A DNA stretch of 64,000 bases from contig CM106586.1 in assembly GCA_048013815.1 (NCBI GenBank), forward strand, positions 4,216,001-4,280,000, read 5' to 3'. Both the position numbers and the translations under genes were made by a program. This document shows positions 11,655-25,700 of the stretch, in pieces. The stretch comes from Setoptus koraiensis (lineage: Eukaryota; Animalia; Arthropoda). Positions within the stretch are counted from its first letter, which is position 1. Each line of letters starts with the position of its first letter. Below the pieces are notes generated by a model that had not been told where the DNA came from, did no database searches, and saw only the letters and a program-made list of their open reading frames with translations.

Positions 11655-13385
11655 TTGTTGTGACAATCTGAGCGCGCGCGCATTCTTGCCCAATGGGTCC
11701 GAGCGGCCCGATGAATCGGGCCGAGTCGGCGGTTAGCGCCCGACCGAGCGTGTCTCGTTGGGCGCTGTGGGGCCGCAAGCGGGCACAATTGACAAGCAGT
11801 CAAGAACAGAGAGAGAGCGAGAGAGAGAGGGAAAATCGGATCAAAAGAATCAACAAGTTCCAGTTGGTTTCGTTGTTTGTTTGTTGCTTCGTTGGGGCTG
11901 TTTGTCTGACTGGCCAACGACAATTATTATTTATACATATGCTTGTCATGGCATAGCGCGTGTCTCGCAAAGCGCAACAATACAATGATGAACTGGCTCT
12001 CGTCAATGGGCGAGTTGTTGTTGCATGATGATATTTGTTGCAATGATGGCTCGCAGTGACATAACAGTGGCATAACAGTGGCACTCGATGAGACGAGAGC
12101 GCTGTCAATCATGTGTGAGTGTGTCGAACAAATTATTTGATTTGAGTATTTCGAACAGCGAGTTCTCTCGGTTGTTGCCGTCGGTTGTTGCCGTCGGTTG
12201 CTGTCGTCGGTGTTGCCGTCGGTTGTTGCCGCCGGTTGTTGCTGTTGGCTGTTGAGTGGCGCAAGTTGCATTGTCGCTGTCATGTTGCCGAACTGTCGCA
12301 TTACCAAACTGCCGCACCATCAAACTGTCGCATTACCAAACTGTCGCACTGTCGAATTGTCCTGTGGCATCACGGTTACAGCGGACACAACAATGGCAAT
12401 TGGCTCATGTTGCGCCATCGTTGCCAATTGTCTCCGAACGAGCCGATGAGCGCCGCCACAGCCGAGGCCAGACGAGGGGCCGGTCGAGGCCGGACGAGGC
12501 CGAAGCGGAGAGACAGTTCGTTAATTTGTCGTGTGTGCCGCAAGGCCGACAGGCACCTCATCAGCGGGCCCCAGTTCGCATTTCTCATTTCTCATTTATC
12601 GGCTCTCATTTCGCATTTCTGTGCGCCGCCGTTCCATTTATCCGCACCCGTTCGCACACGTATGACCGCGTTCGTGTGGCACACGCTTGCTTCTGGCGCT
12701 CGCTTTTGGCGCCCACGAGCCGACGGGAGCCGCCGAGAGCCGCAAGCCCGACGGGAGCCGCAGCGTTCGTTATAGGCCGCTGACAGCTAGCATAGATCAC
12801 TCGCCAGCGGGCCTATATCCGCCGTTGTGGCGCGGGGAGCCGCTGGCTGGCGTCGGCGGGCATCCGCGCACGGAGATGCAGAGATGGCGCGTACCCGCGC
12901 AACGGAACACACTGACAACACTGACTGAGAGCGGGCACGTGCTTGCACAGGCATACAGGGTATAAATTGTTGCACACGTAACTAATGTTGCACAAGCTAA
13001 GCTCATTTGACACTAAGCCGGCTGATTTGGGGCGCGATCGTTGGGCCCCAAAGCGAGTCGCAAATCAGCCTTGGGAACGTGTGACACAATGTCTGCGCGA
13101 ATGGGGGTGGGGGAGGGGGGGGGGCATACACAGCATGCCGCGTTGTGTTGTATTATATGTAAATGAGAGTGTGTTTGTTTAGGGCGCGTGCAGCGTGCTC
13201 CGTGGGCCGTGGGCCGTAATTTATCCCTACGGTGCAAGCGTTAATGCGGCTCGGCTTTGGCACTCAACTTGCAACTTTATCATATATTTCGCATGTATAA
13301 AAGAAGCCTTGTACTTGTATATGTTGTATGGTTTATCTGCAAAGTGGCCCTCATCAGCTAAACGGCTATCATCAAGTTGAGCCAT

Positions 13386-13420
<35 letters not shown>

Positions 13421-14011
13421 GGCTTCGGTTGGCGTTCGCACAAGCGACTTGTCAGACTGGCTGGCATTCGAGCTTCTGGGCTTCTGGGCTTTTAGGCTTT
13501 CGAGATTTCGAGCTTTTGAGAATTGCAAATTCGAGCAAACAAACAAACAAACAAACAGTCGACTTGTCGTCTGACAACAGCGCAAGTATCAAGTGTCACT
13601 GGTCAGCACCGTCTGACAATTGCGTATCGCCAGTGTCCAGTGTTGGCGGCCGAGGCGCAAACAACAATAAATGTCATAATAATTTTCGAGTGCGCAACTT
13701 GAGCCCGGCTCCGTCCAATGGGGATCTGATTTTAATTTCACTATTCATTTTAATGTCACGCTCATGTCGTAACTAGCGCTCACTTTGCGAGACTCGCTGC
13801 ATTTTCGCTGCCTCTCACGAGCTCGATATCCACGAGGACGCCAATCGGCGAGCATGCGGCATGAGCACGAATATGAATTGTCGAGTTGGCAGTCGCTTGC
13901 ATCTGCTGGCAGCCTGAATCTCTCTGAATCTCTCTGAATCTCTGGCAGTCGCGTCTCGTGAGACTGCCTCTCTGCCTCTCTGCCTCTCTGCTTCTCTGCG
14001 CCTCTCGCTCT

Positions 14012-14085
14012 CTCGCTGGATACATAAACTCACTGGATATAAACTCGCTGGATATAAACTCGCTGGATATAAACTCGCTGGATAT
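14012..14085. repeat. 15-bp minisatellite (CTCGCTGGATATAAA), ~5 copies
   Basis: Tandem units read directly; the first copies are slightly degenerate. Confidence 0.9.
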
Positions 14086-14521
14086 TAAGTCGGTTCGCGA
14101 ACGATGCGATGCAGCCACCGCGACAACAACAAGATGACACTGACACCGCAACAACAGCGACAACAGCCAGCCAAAATGAATGACGAGCAAAGTTGGCAGG
14201 ATGCAGTTTGTTGCAGCATGAGGCAGTCGCACTTCATTGGCTCTCCTCTCCGCTCTCTCCGCTCTCTGTCTCCGCTCTCTGTCTCCGCTCGCCGGCTTCA
14301 TATCGGCTGCTTGTGGGGGAGCCACATGCACTTGGAGCGACACTGGCAAGGACAACACCGGCAGCGACAACGACAACAACGACAGCAGCAGCAGCAACAA
14401 CAACGACAACAGCGACAACGGCAACAGCGACGACGACAATATGACAATTGACATGCTGTCGTTGTCGTCTGAGAGATGATTCATTGTATTAGGCAACATG
14501 ACGATGATCCATTTCTCGGCA

Positions 14522-14553
<32 letters not shown>

Positions 14554-15799
14554 CAGCCAGCCAGCCAGTCAGTGAGCCATTGACGCAATCGGCCCTTAAG
14601 TAGACGGTTCAATTCAATTTGAGAGCATTGCAAGCAGCGCAAAGTTTCCCACGATTGCAGCGTCGCCGCCGCCGCCGCCGCTCATGTTGCCTATGGGCCT
14701 GCCACATGAACTTGCCCATACGAGTGAATGGTGCTCTATGGGTATGCCAAACCAATCGAGCGCCATTCATATTTGCCTCGTCATCTCGTATGAGCGTATG
14801 AGCGTATGAGCGTATGAGCGTATGAGCGTACGAGCGATATGACATAACATGTCAGGTCCAGGTTAGCGTAACGTTATTTTAGTTATTTTATTGTGTGTGA
14901 GTGTTATTTTGTCCGATGAACTCACTCAACTCGAGCCCACCGCACAACCGATTTCGGCGGAAGTGAGCGCTCACTGTCCAGTGATCGGTGTCCAGTGTCC
15001 AGTGATCGGTGTTCAGTGTTCGCCGTTCACTGTGTGCCACTCAATTTGTCCGCTAGGCTGCGTGCGAGTGTGTGGCCACCATGACAAGCATGCACCATTG
15101 GTCACTAATGAACGCACGCTGCCACTCCGCTGCTCGACGCCCCTCGAACCGTCCGGCGCTCAAACAAACGTATAAATCCGCCGGCCAAACGGATAAATCC
15201 GGCGGCCAAACGAATGATTCCGCTGCCCAAATGACCGGTCGGATATCGGGCATAAATATTTCTCGGCACGCGGGCCCGTGGGCCGAGTCAAGCTGGACGC
15301 AGCGGCACAAGATGGGACATAAGATAAGGGGGTCGCGCGGGACGAACAAACAAGCGAAATGGCACTTGCACTTGATTATACGAGATCTGGTTTATTATCC
15401 GTGCGTATTGAACAGTATGGCACAGTGAGTGCCAGTGAGACAATTGGTGTGGCGAGTCGACCAAATCACCGGCGCATGGCGCGTAATAGAGACAATGGGC
15501 CGGCGTGCCCAATAACAGCACACGGGCACCGATGAAAAGAGTTGGCTCATTAAGACACACTAATGACGGCCACGCTGTCGCGGGTCGCCGCGGGTGCCCC
15601 TGGCCTCGTTTCGAGCCCGAGCAGCCGAGCAGCCCGAGCAGCTAGAATCGCTGAAACGGCTCGGCAAACAGGGCCGGCCAGTCGGGCCGCTCGGGCTAAC
15701 AACAACAATAATTTTGCGCGACAAGACAACACGTGGGCCCCCACATCGGGTGCGTTGCAGTGGCCAGACAATAGTTACACTCAACTGCTGGCCAGCCAA

Positions 15800-16145
15800 C
15801 TTGGGACCAGCTCGAGGGGCCGACTCGAGGGGCCGACTCGAGGGGCCGACTCGAGGGGCCAGCTCGAACCTGGAATGGAGCGGCTCGAACCAACTCGAAC
15901 GAACCAACTCGAACGAACCAACTCGAACGAACCAACTCGAACGAACCAACTCGAGGCGGCCGCCGACTTGAGGCGGCCAACTCGAAATAACGGACTCGAC
16001 TCGAGGCGCCGATCGAACTCGACATTGGCTATGATATTGAGTTCTACGGTGAGTTCGCTGTCGAGTTCGACGGTGAGTTCGCTGTCGCGTTCGACAGTGA
16101 GTTCGCCATTGAGTTTGATAGTAAGTTTGATAGTGAGTTTGATGT
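15800..16145. repeat. Compound minisatellite cluster (GACTCGAGGGGCC, AACTCGAACGAACC and degenerate 12-mer units)
   Basis: About 3-4 copies of the 13-mer and about 5 of the 14-mer, followed by degenerate GAGTTCGACGGT-like 12-mers. Confidence 0.9.
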
Positions 16146-16645
16146 TGAGTTGGCCGAGCGCGCGTTGCCAAAACGATGAGCTGGACTCATCCGCCAATTG
16201 CACCAATTGCATGAGTTGCACCATTGGCGCAATTGTGTGTGATTGCTAGTCTAGTGTTTGCAAGCAACAGCAACAACAACAGCAACAACAACAACAACAG
16301 CAGCAACAGCAACGGCAGCAACAACAACGACAGCAACAACAAGGACGACGACGCAACTACAAAGAGACAAAGAGAGAAACGTCAGACAAAGACGATCGAC
16401 ACACGGGGGCTGGCTCGAGTTGGCAGCACAACTCGACGATAACGGACAACGCGGCCAACAAGCGCCAACAACGACAACGACAAATTGCGTCGTGTGTAGG
16501 TAGTTGTTATTGTTGAGTTAATGTGAATACACTAACAGTCTGGTAACAGTGGCGAGAGTTATGAAAGTTGAGTTACGTAAGCGCGCGCGCGCGCGGCCAG
16601 CACAAGCACGTGCAGGTACTCGCAGTGTGTCTCGACTCTGTCGCT

Positions 16646-16650
<5 letters not shown>

Positions 16651-16697
<47 letters not shown>
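16651..16697. repeat. (TG)n microsatellite, ~23 units. Similar CA/TG arrays lie at ~27368-27436, 46903-46980, 49059-49127 and 54430-54530
   Basis: Read directly. Confidence 0.95.
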
Positions 16698-16698
<1 letters not shown>

Positions 16699-19600
16699 GG
16701 TGTGCGTCGGTGTGCGTCGCCGTGTGTCGCTGTGTGTGTGTGTGTCGTTGGCTGTCGCTGGCTCAGTGGCTGGCCATGGAGTATTTGTCAAAAAGGTGCA
16801 CGCGTTGGCTCTTATCCACTCACTTAAGCGGCCCCATTCTTGCCATCATCCTTTTCGTCATCGCTACTACTCAACTTATGCCCGCACACTTATCTATCTT
16901 GATCTCGCTCCAGTTGGCGCTGCGTGTTGCTCATTCAATTGGGGCCCGCTGCTACGCTACGGCTGCCGCTGCCGCTGCCGCTGCCACTGCCACTGCCACT
17001 GCCGCTGCTACACTGCACCTATATAGGTCGCCACCGACAACTTGCGAGGCTCGTGAGGCTCGCGAGCCCCACAAAGCTGGCCAGCCTGGCAGTGGCTCGT
17101 GGCGATTGCTGCTTGTCGATGCACGGTTTTGCACAATGCGAGCGCGTTGTCGCTATTGTGAATAATTGCCACACAGCCAGCGGCCAATCGTCGGGGCCCC
17201 ACGCTTTTCGGGCGACTGTTGGCAGCGAGGCGGCGACACGCCGATACGGCGACGCAACGCACGACAGACACGAGAATATATTAATCTCTGATTCGCCGCC
17301 AGTCGCTAATGAGTGACTATTAATTTGACAGCGTGTGTGTCGCGCTGTGTCTAGTCGCACGGTCTGGGGCACACACCTTGACAATGCCAACAACAACAAC
17401 GACAACAACAGCGACAACAACAACAGCAGCAGCGGCAACAGCAGCAGCGACAACAACAACACGACACAGCGACGATCTCAATGACGCAATGCGCTGTGAC
17501 ACAATCGGTCAGACAAAATAATCAGACAATTGCAGCCGAATGAATTACAACCAGACAGTCAGACACACGCCAGACAGACACTGATAGACACGCCAGACAG
17601 GCCGCGTAACAAGCCGCCAGGAACTGACAATTGTCGCAGTTAATTTGCTCCAATTTTCCACCGATTTGGCGCCTTAAAAATGTCACTAAATTGGTCACAA
17701 ATTTCTCCGTTTGTGACCAATAAAATGGGCGCCTCCAACTGTGTGCGTTTAGAAGGGGGGGGGGGCACCGATTGGCTGGCGAGCAAAAACTTGTTTGTTT
17801 GTGTCTCGCGTCTGGCTGGCTCATATCATCATTATTGCGGTGTGTGGGTTAATCGCGTGTCTAGCCAGTTTCTGACACGGTCGCAACACGGTCGCAACAC
17901 GGTCGCAACACGGTCATAAGCAACACGGTCATAACATAGTCATAACACAGTCATAACACGGCCAGATTATAGGGGCAGTCTTGGCAGCTAGATTGCAGCA
18001 AAAAAGTAAGTGAATTATCGCTAATAACACTGTTTGTGAGCAGACTTATCGCGGCTGCACAACAGCGGGCACAACAACAACAAGCGGCAAGTCGACGCAA
18101 CGACGAGCCAAGTCGACGCAACAACAACGCGAGTCGCGCATCATTTGCCTAGTTGTTGCAACGCGGCTGATCACGCATTTGAGCAAATAGGCACCAATTT
18201 GACGGGCCTGAAAGCTGACAGGCGAGACAGGTGAACGGGCGAGCCAGAGGGGAGCCCCATTGTGCGGATTAATCACACTCAATTGAGACAATTGCGAGCA
18301 TCTCAAAATGGGCCAGTGTTTTGGGCCACTTTCTCACACACCAAAGTGAACAAGTTTGAACTTATCATTAGCAATGCAATGCGTCCTCTAACTTGGGCCA
18401 TCCTTATTGGCCCATCTAGTGGCAGTGTTTGTCATTGTCTTGATTGCATGCAAGCTTGCCGAACAGTGCTGAGGCATCTCGATCTATACGAGAGAGGATA
18501 TCTCTCGGCGCGACTGTGTACACAACAATCTTGCATACACAACAATACATGTCGTCTCTCGTATGGATATCCGCTGTTGCGTGGATAGTGGTAGACGTGT
18601 AACAAGCATGATGAAAGGATATTGTTTGCAAGGTAAACAATGGCTGTTGCGGGATAAGTTGCGGATAAGTTGCGGATAAGTTGCGAATAAGTTGCGGATA
18701 AGTTGTTAGATGGCAGATAAGCCAGATACATAATAGATAATGTGTGGTAGGTGTACAGTAGGTGCTCGCTAGGTGTACAGTGGATATATAATGGATGTAT
18801 AATGGATGTATAATGGATATGTAATATATGTGCATGTTTAGCACAACGATTCGTGTGTGCCTATAAGCTGTTTATTTGTTGTGTTTAACATTTGCGGCGC
18901 TTGCGAGCTAACCTATAACAACAGCGACAGCAACAGCAGCAACAACAGCAACAACAACGCTTGCTTGGCTAGCTAACTTTGGCTAGCTCGGCTTGTGCTG
19001 GCTCGGCTTGCGCTGGCTCGGCTTGCGCTGGCTCGAGTCGGAGTGGAATTTTGAAAAGTGAACCAGTCAACAGGTGAACTGCTCGGCGGAGACGCGGGCA
19101 TATGTTAGAAATATTTCAACTATTTGCTAGAATGCTCGCACTAGACAGATAAACAAATAAACTGATGATGTGCTAAACAATGAGAGGCACACACTGAATG
19201 ACAAATGAAAAAAGGCAACTTCACTATTCAATTCTTGTTGTTGTGTGTCGCTCGCTGTTTTGCTAACTAATGCTGCCAACAGATAGCAAATAGCAAATAG
19301 CAAATAGATGTAGTTAGTTAACAGAGCCAGCTCACGGCCAATCACGGCATCTTACGTAACTGGTTGGTGAGCAGCACACAACCATGTAATAACGATCCAA
19401 AGTTCAGCACACACACACACACAAGCGAGATGGCATGCGAAGAGTTGGATTTAATTTATGTTCATTGTGGCCATTATTTATCATTCTCTAATTATGCTAA
19501 TTTGATTGATGGCTCGACAGTCGACACACACACACGCACACGCACAACACAATGGGTCTCGTCATCGTGTGCTCGCTAAAACTCATCACTTACACTACAC

Positions 19601-22570
19601 ACACACACACACACACACGCTGTAAACATCCGCATACCTGGTGATTTATGTCACTGTTCACTGTCACTGATAGCACAGCGCACTGATACTATTACTATAT
19701 GCGTATTACTGCGTGTACGCACATTAATTATTTAGCAACTAATGACTTGGCAACTCATACTTGAGATAAATGTAGTTGAGTAGTTGAGCGGTAGAGCGGC
19801 AATTGTTGTTATTGTTGTTTATTAGTGTTTAAACTATGACACAACAATGACGCCAACCTGGACCACCTAGAAAGAAGCCGCGACCCGGCAACAGGCAACT
19901 GGCAATTGGCGCAAACTTAATTAAGCGCTTGCGTTATTCAAACTCATTCTCAGGCTTCAACTTGTTCGAGCTTCAACTTGTTCTAATGCTCGCAAATGGC
20001 CTCGTCGCCAAGCCACAATAATAACAACAATTATCGTTTTGCGCCACTCACCTGTTCTCCACTCATGTATGATGCAATGCATACATGTGATGTATGCATT
20101 GGTTGTTGTATGCAACAACAACAACAACCATTTGAGTCATCTGTCACCTGTCAGCTGATTGGTCAGCTGTCAGCTGATTGGTCAGCTGCAGTGGGTCAGT
20201 GGTTGGTGTATCATGTGTTCATGTTAGCGATGGTCAAGTGAGCAATAATTGGCCAATTTATTAGCCGATTTGCATAGATGCACAGAAACAGTGTGCTGTT
20301 GTATATATAGTCATTGTTGTTTATAACACACTATACACGCTATACACCTGTGCCAGTGCCAGCACACTGTGCACTGCAACTTGAAATGTTGCCAACTGTC
20401 CAGTGGTTGAGCGAGCCACTGAGTGACGTAACTGACAAACAAGATTCATTGTTGGGGCTACCACACAATGCCTCACAACGCCTGACACAGTGGCCTGTGT
20501 GAGCCACATACATGTTACGTATTATGTTACGTATTATGTTACATGCGTGTTTGTATCACATGAGTGTGTATGCAAATTTTGTGGGCGCACGCTTGCGTGT
20601 TTGTTGGCGTAATACGGGCGAGCGGCTGCTAATTGGGATAAATCACGACCACTGCTCACTCCAATATCTAATATCCAATGTCCAATATCCAATGTCTAAT
20701 ATCTGCGCTAACATCTATACTAATATATCTATACATACTTACATCTATATCTGATATCTTAATGTATAATAGCACACTGTTGGCATCAGATGCATGCTAG
20801 TGAGATTGGCCAGTGCAACGTCAAAATCAATGTTGTTTGCAGTTTGACAAGTCATGTCAGCCGACGAGACTCAACGAGAGCGACTCAATGAGAGATTGAT
20901 TCACGTTTGTAGTTTATCGAGCACGAGAGTTTCATTCACTCATCCGCCAACTCATGTGAATGCGAATGTGATGCAATAATAATAGCCTACGAGCCCAACA
21001 GCAACAGCCAACAGCAACAGCCGACAGCAACAGCCGACAGCAACAGCCGACAGCAACAGCCAACAATGGCAGCCGCATCGTGCTGCCATTGATGAGAACA
21101 TGATACTTGTATAAAATTGATATAACCGAGATACTTGATACTGTTGATATGAACAACTTAATACACTTGATATCTCGTTGATACACTTACTGTGTATCAA
21201 CTCACTGTAATAATACAACAACCTATTGCTGTGTACGAGGCTGCAGCAACAGTGCGAGAGTATAAAATAAAATAAAATATAAAATAAAAATATTAGCGCA
21301 ATGTTTGTTTTGCGAGTTGCTCCAGTTTGCTATTTCCAGTTTGTTGCGGTTTGTGTCGGTTGCATTGTTTGCATTGGCCAGCTTCGTGTGTTTACATGTA
21401 ACAAGTCACTGTTACGACACACTCACACAGCACATACACCAAAAGTCAATTGGTCAATCAATCGACTATCTGACACTGGTAACCAGTGGCCAGTGACTAG
21501 TGACCAGTGACCAGTGAATAGTGACCAGCAACAACACAGTCTGTAAACTGGTTACTGGCATGCCCAAACAAACAACCGAGTGCAACAACTACTCAGGCAC
21601 AACAGCAATGCAGCAACACATCATGGCAACATATCAAAGCGATGTTATGTAAGCAGCAACAACATAAAACAATATCTTGTCATGGTAATGATAATCCGAC
21701 ACTTGAATGCCTGTCCGACGTTAACAACACTGAACTGAGCGCTGCTGTCGGCCATGCTCCACTTGGGCCTGACCATTGCGGCCTAGTCATGACAGGTATT
21801 AGTGAGGACAGGTGACCTGTGCCCACTAATAGTGCGTCACTATGCGACTATTGTTGTTGTGGCCAGCAACAGCAGCGGCATATTCATGTATTTCATTCAT
21901 ATTTATTATATTATATTATAGAGTCAGTGGCAAATAGACGAGCACCACTTTATGCTGTATACCGGTATATTTGTTTTAGGTTTTAGCCACGACGTGACAT
22001 TTTGAGCTTGTGAGGTCAGTCCGTTGTGGCGCAGGTCAACAACTGACCAAGTACCAATTTGTTTTGTACTCACTGTTGTGGGCACATTTAGTGATCGCTA
22101 CGTGTGTTTGGCCAAGTTGGTTTGTGTCGAGCTATTGACATTTATTCATTTAAAATGGCCATCCATTGATCATTACAGCATTACATGTATTACATGTATT
22201 ACATGTATTACATGTGTTATTATTATGGCCATACTAAATATACCAAATACGATGATGTAATATGATGAATTGATGTCAATAATGACAATACTTAATTGAC
22301 CGTCATTGTGGCCTATAAGCTAACAAGATGATAGGTACAGGTGATAGGCGCTTGACAGGGGCGCATTACGTCACACGTTACAGTGTGTACAGTTATTTGT
22401 AGCTCAAGTGCAGCTATTAAGTGAGTGAGTGCAACCAAGACAAGTGCACACGATATAACGGCACATGCGGCCAGCGCAAATTGCCGGCAATTGCATCAAT
22501 TGTTTGCCTGCATCGAATGAGTGCAATTTGTACATTTTGCCACGTTACGTAACACTAACAACCTTACAAT

Positions 22571-22792
22571 ACTAATACTAATACTAATACTAATACTAAT
22601 ACTAATACTAATACTAATACTAATACTAATACTAATACTAATACTAATACTAATACTAATACTAATACTAATACTAATACTAATACTAATACTAATACTA
22701 ATACTAATACTAATACTAATACTAATACTAATACTAATACTAATACTAATACTAATACTAATACTAATACTAATACTAATACTAATACTAAT
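22571..22792. repeat. Perfect hexanucleotide array (ACTAAT)37
   Basis: 222 bp of uninterrupted ACTAAT units. It produces the spurious poly-IL and poly-IS ORFs in the track. Confidence 0.98.
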
Positions 22793-25700
22793 CAAACAAT
22801 TTATCCGGTGCCGTATGGCCCGCTGTTGTTGTGCCTAATGAGAGCCATTGGGGCCAGTTGCGACAGCGACATGACGCTGACTTGTGCTGAGCAGACAAAC
22901 ACTTTGCACTATTGGTGCGGTGCCCCAATGCATTTTTGTTACTGTCTGACAGCAACAACAACAAGGCAACAACAACTGCGCAACAACGACAAATATGCGA
23001 CAACGAATATTGCGTCAGCTAGACAGAATTGAAATGAAATGATAATATTGACAACAGCACAACAGCGACATGAGCAAAGGCCAGTGCACGAACGAACAGA
23101 AAACAATTGCAACATCTCTCTCTCTAGCCAACAAACATGTAACAGCACATTTGTGATTGGAGAGCGTTTACATTTGCTGGCCTATATGGTGACATATGGC
23201 CGATATGTTGTTGCTGTTGCTCGCTATGTTGCTGTTGCTTGTCGTTGGCCTGTCAGCCCTGTTGTTGTTGCTGGCTGGCGCGCGTAGGTGTGCAACAACA
23301 CTGTCAACAACAACAACTTTGCATACAGCGGCCCATTATAGGCGATCTATTAACATAATAATAATGGCCAAGCTGCAACCACCTATTTGCCATACATAGG
23401 CTAAGGCTGCTTACATTCAGACTGCAGCTTGCATTGAGTTGGTTGCGTAATGCTGGCACTTGTTTGCCATGGGCGCCTATATGATGGCGCCCTGATCAAT
23501 TATTATCAATTGCTCGCCGTGTCATATCATTTCTATCGGCACCGGTGGCGCCACCGAGGCCACCGATGGACGCCAGCGAGTGACCACAACAACCGAGCAA
23601 CAGCCGAGCGACAGCCGAGCGACCATGAGGCAACAACCGAGCGCTCGACAAGACGACATTTTGTCATACGATCCGCGTTTGTTGTGCCTTCGTTCGTGGG
23701 CTCGTTTCATAAATGTTGTCGCACATCTCAGGTGCAACTACAAGTGACAATGTTGCCACACAGAGGCCACACAAACAACGCCAACCGAGACACCGAGACA
23801 CCGCAAGCGAGCAAGATGGCGCGTCATCTCGACATGACAACATGGGCCGACATTTGCCATTTAGTTTTCATTTAATGTAGCTTGTGATCTCTACAGCGCA
23901 AATAGTATGTTAGCAATTGTTGAGAATGTTGAGATTTTGTTCATTTGATGTGAGCAAGACGACGACGGCGAGCCGAGAGAGAATCGGCGAGCTTATAAAA
24001 TGTGTTGTTGTTCTTGTCATGTTATCGTCGTCTTGTGATGATCAAATGCGAATCGTCGTCGTCGTCGTCGGCGGCGGCGAACACAACGACAACGACAACA
24101 ACACTGTTGGCTGCTCATCTACGGCGCGCTTCTCGCCATGCCCACGCCACCGCAAGCAACGGCAGCACCAACAGCAACGACAACAGCAACGACAACATCA
24201 ACAACAACAACAACAACAACAGCGACAACGACAGCAACGACGCCAGCCAGCGCCATGAGTCATATGGCGTAGGCGTCAGTGTCTGCAAACAAGTCTATCG
24301 AGTGAGTGCCAGTGGAGCATCAATGAAGTCGCTGGCTGGCATGAGACGGCTTATGATACTTTACATGTTGTGGCAACACAAACAAATTCCTCGCCGCTCG
24401 CAAGATTCTTCTCTGATTCTCTGATTCTCTGATTCTTGTCTGATACTTGTGATGACGCTGCGCACTGCAGCCAGACACTGCAACAGACGGTTTGTTGTCG
24501 TTGTGGTTGCTGTTGTTGTCGCTGTCGCTGCTGTTGTCGCTGTCGCTGTTGTCGTTGTGGTCGCTGCTGTTGTCGCTGTTATTGTTGTGGGCCAGCGACA
24601 ATATTTCGGTGAGATATTGTTGCCAACTGGCCGGCGCATGCATGCTCGCAACTGCGCTCTGTCGCGCCAACAACCGGCCGCGCTGCAACAACCACGCGGG
24701 ACCTCCACGAAGCTGCTTGACCGCACACCAACCCGAAATGTTAATTGATCGCTGTTTGCAATCGCTTTTTGCGCTCCTTTGGCCGGCTCTCGCCATGCAA
24801 AATATGTGCGATATGGCAGCAGCAGCAGCATCGGTTGTTTGCGTCGTGCGAGCGCTGCAAATGTTGACATCTCTTCCGCCGCCCCTATCATTTCTTGGCG
24901 TTGTCTCAACGATCGCATCACAATAAAATCATATCTCCCCCGGCCCGATTTGCGACTCTCGGCCGCCACTCTCAAATGCGACTCTCGGCTGCGACTCTCG
25001 GCCGCGACAGCGACAATGACGCAACAACGTCCGACCGTTTTAACGTGGCTCTGTCGTTTGGTGGCCGTTCAAAGTTTCAACTTGAGGCAACACAATCCAA
25101 CTGTGCCACTGATCGACTGTGTGGTCCAACTGTGTATTGATGGCGGGCGATTATTCAAACTCATCACTTGCATGCCGCATTGGCGATGATAAATCGCTCT
25201 CCGGCTCACTGGCGAGTCTGTTAATTGTGGCATGAGTTTCTTTCACTTGCCACCACTATCCCTGCCACCATTATCTCGGGCAATATCTCGGCGAGCGACA
25301 TGTCGGCCGGCGAGCAATTATCATGAGTGAGCCAGTCGATACTGGCTCACTCATGATAATTGCGCTGTCCACCGCTGAGACCACCGCCGACTGTCAATGT
25401 CAATTACCAAGACACACAAATATAAGTGCAAAACATATGCAAATTGCGCAATGATGCCACCAACTGACAGCCACCCAGGGCGCCGTGGCCCGCAACCGTC
25501 TCTGCCTGCGCATACTATACTATTTTGTCTGAGACACATTTTATTTATTTGAGACAACATTTCGCTGCTAGATGGGCGCATTTGTTGCTGTTTTGGCCCG
25601 TTTTGAGGGGCTTCTTAACGTTATTATTAGCGATTACAAGCGCACAAATTCATGCAATGCCACGCCGAGTATCCGGCCCAGCACCGACAACACCTATAAA

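Noticed and set aside
22571-22792. Interstitial telomere
   Set aside because: The unit TTAGTA does not match the canonical arthropod TTAGG or vertebrate TTAGGG repeat.
22496-22838. Poly-IS and poly-IL ORFs
   Set aside because: Direct translations of the (ACTAAT)37 array.
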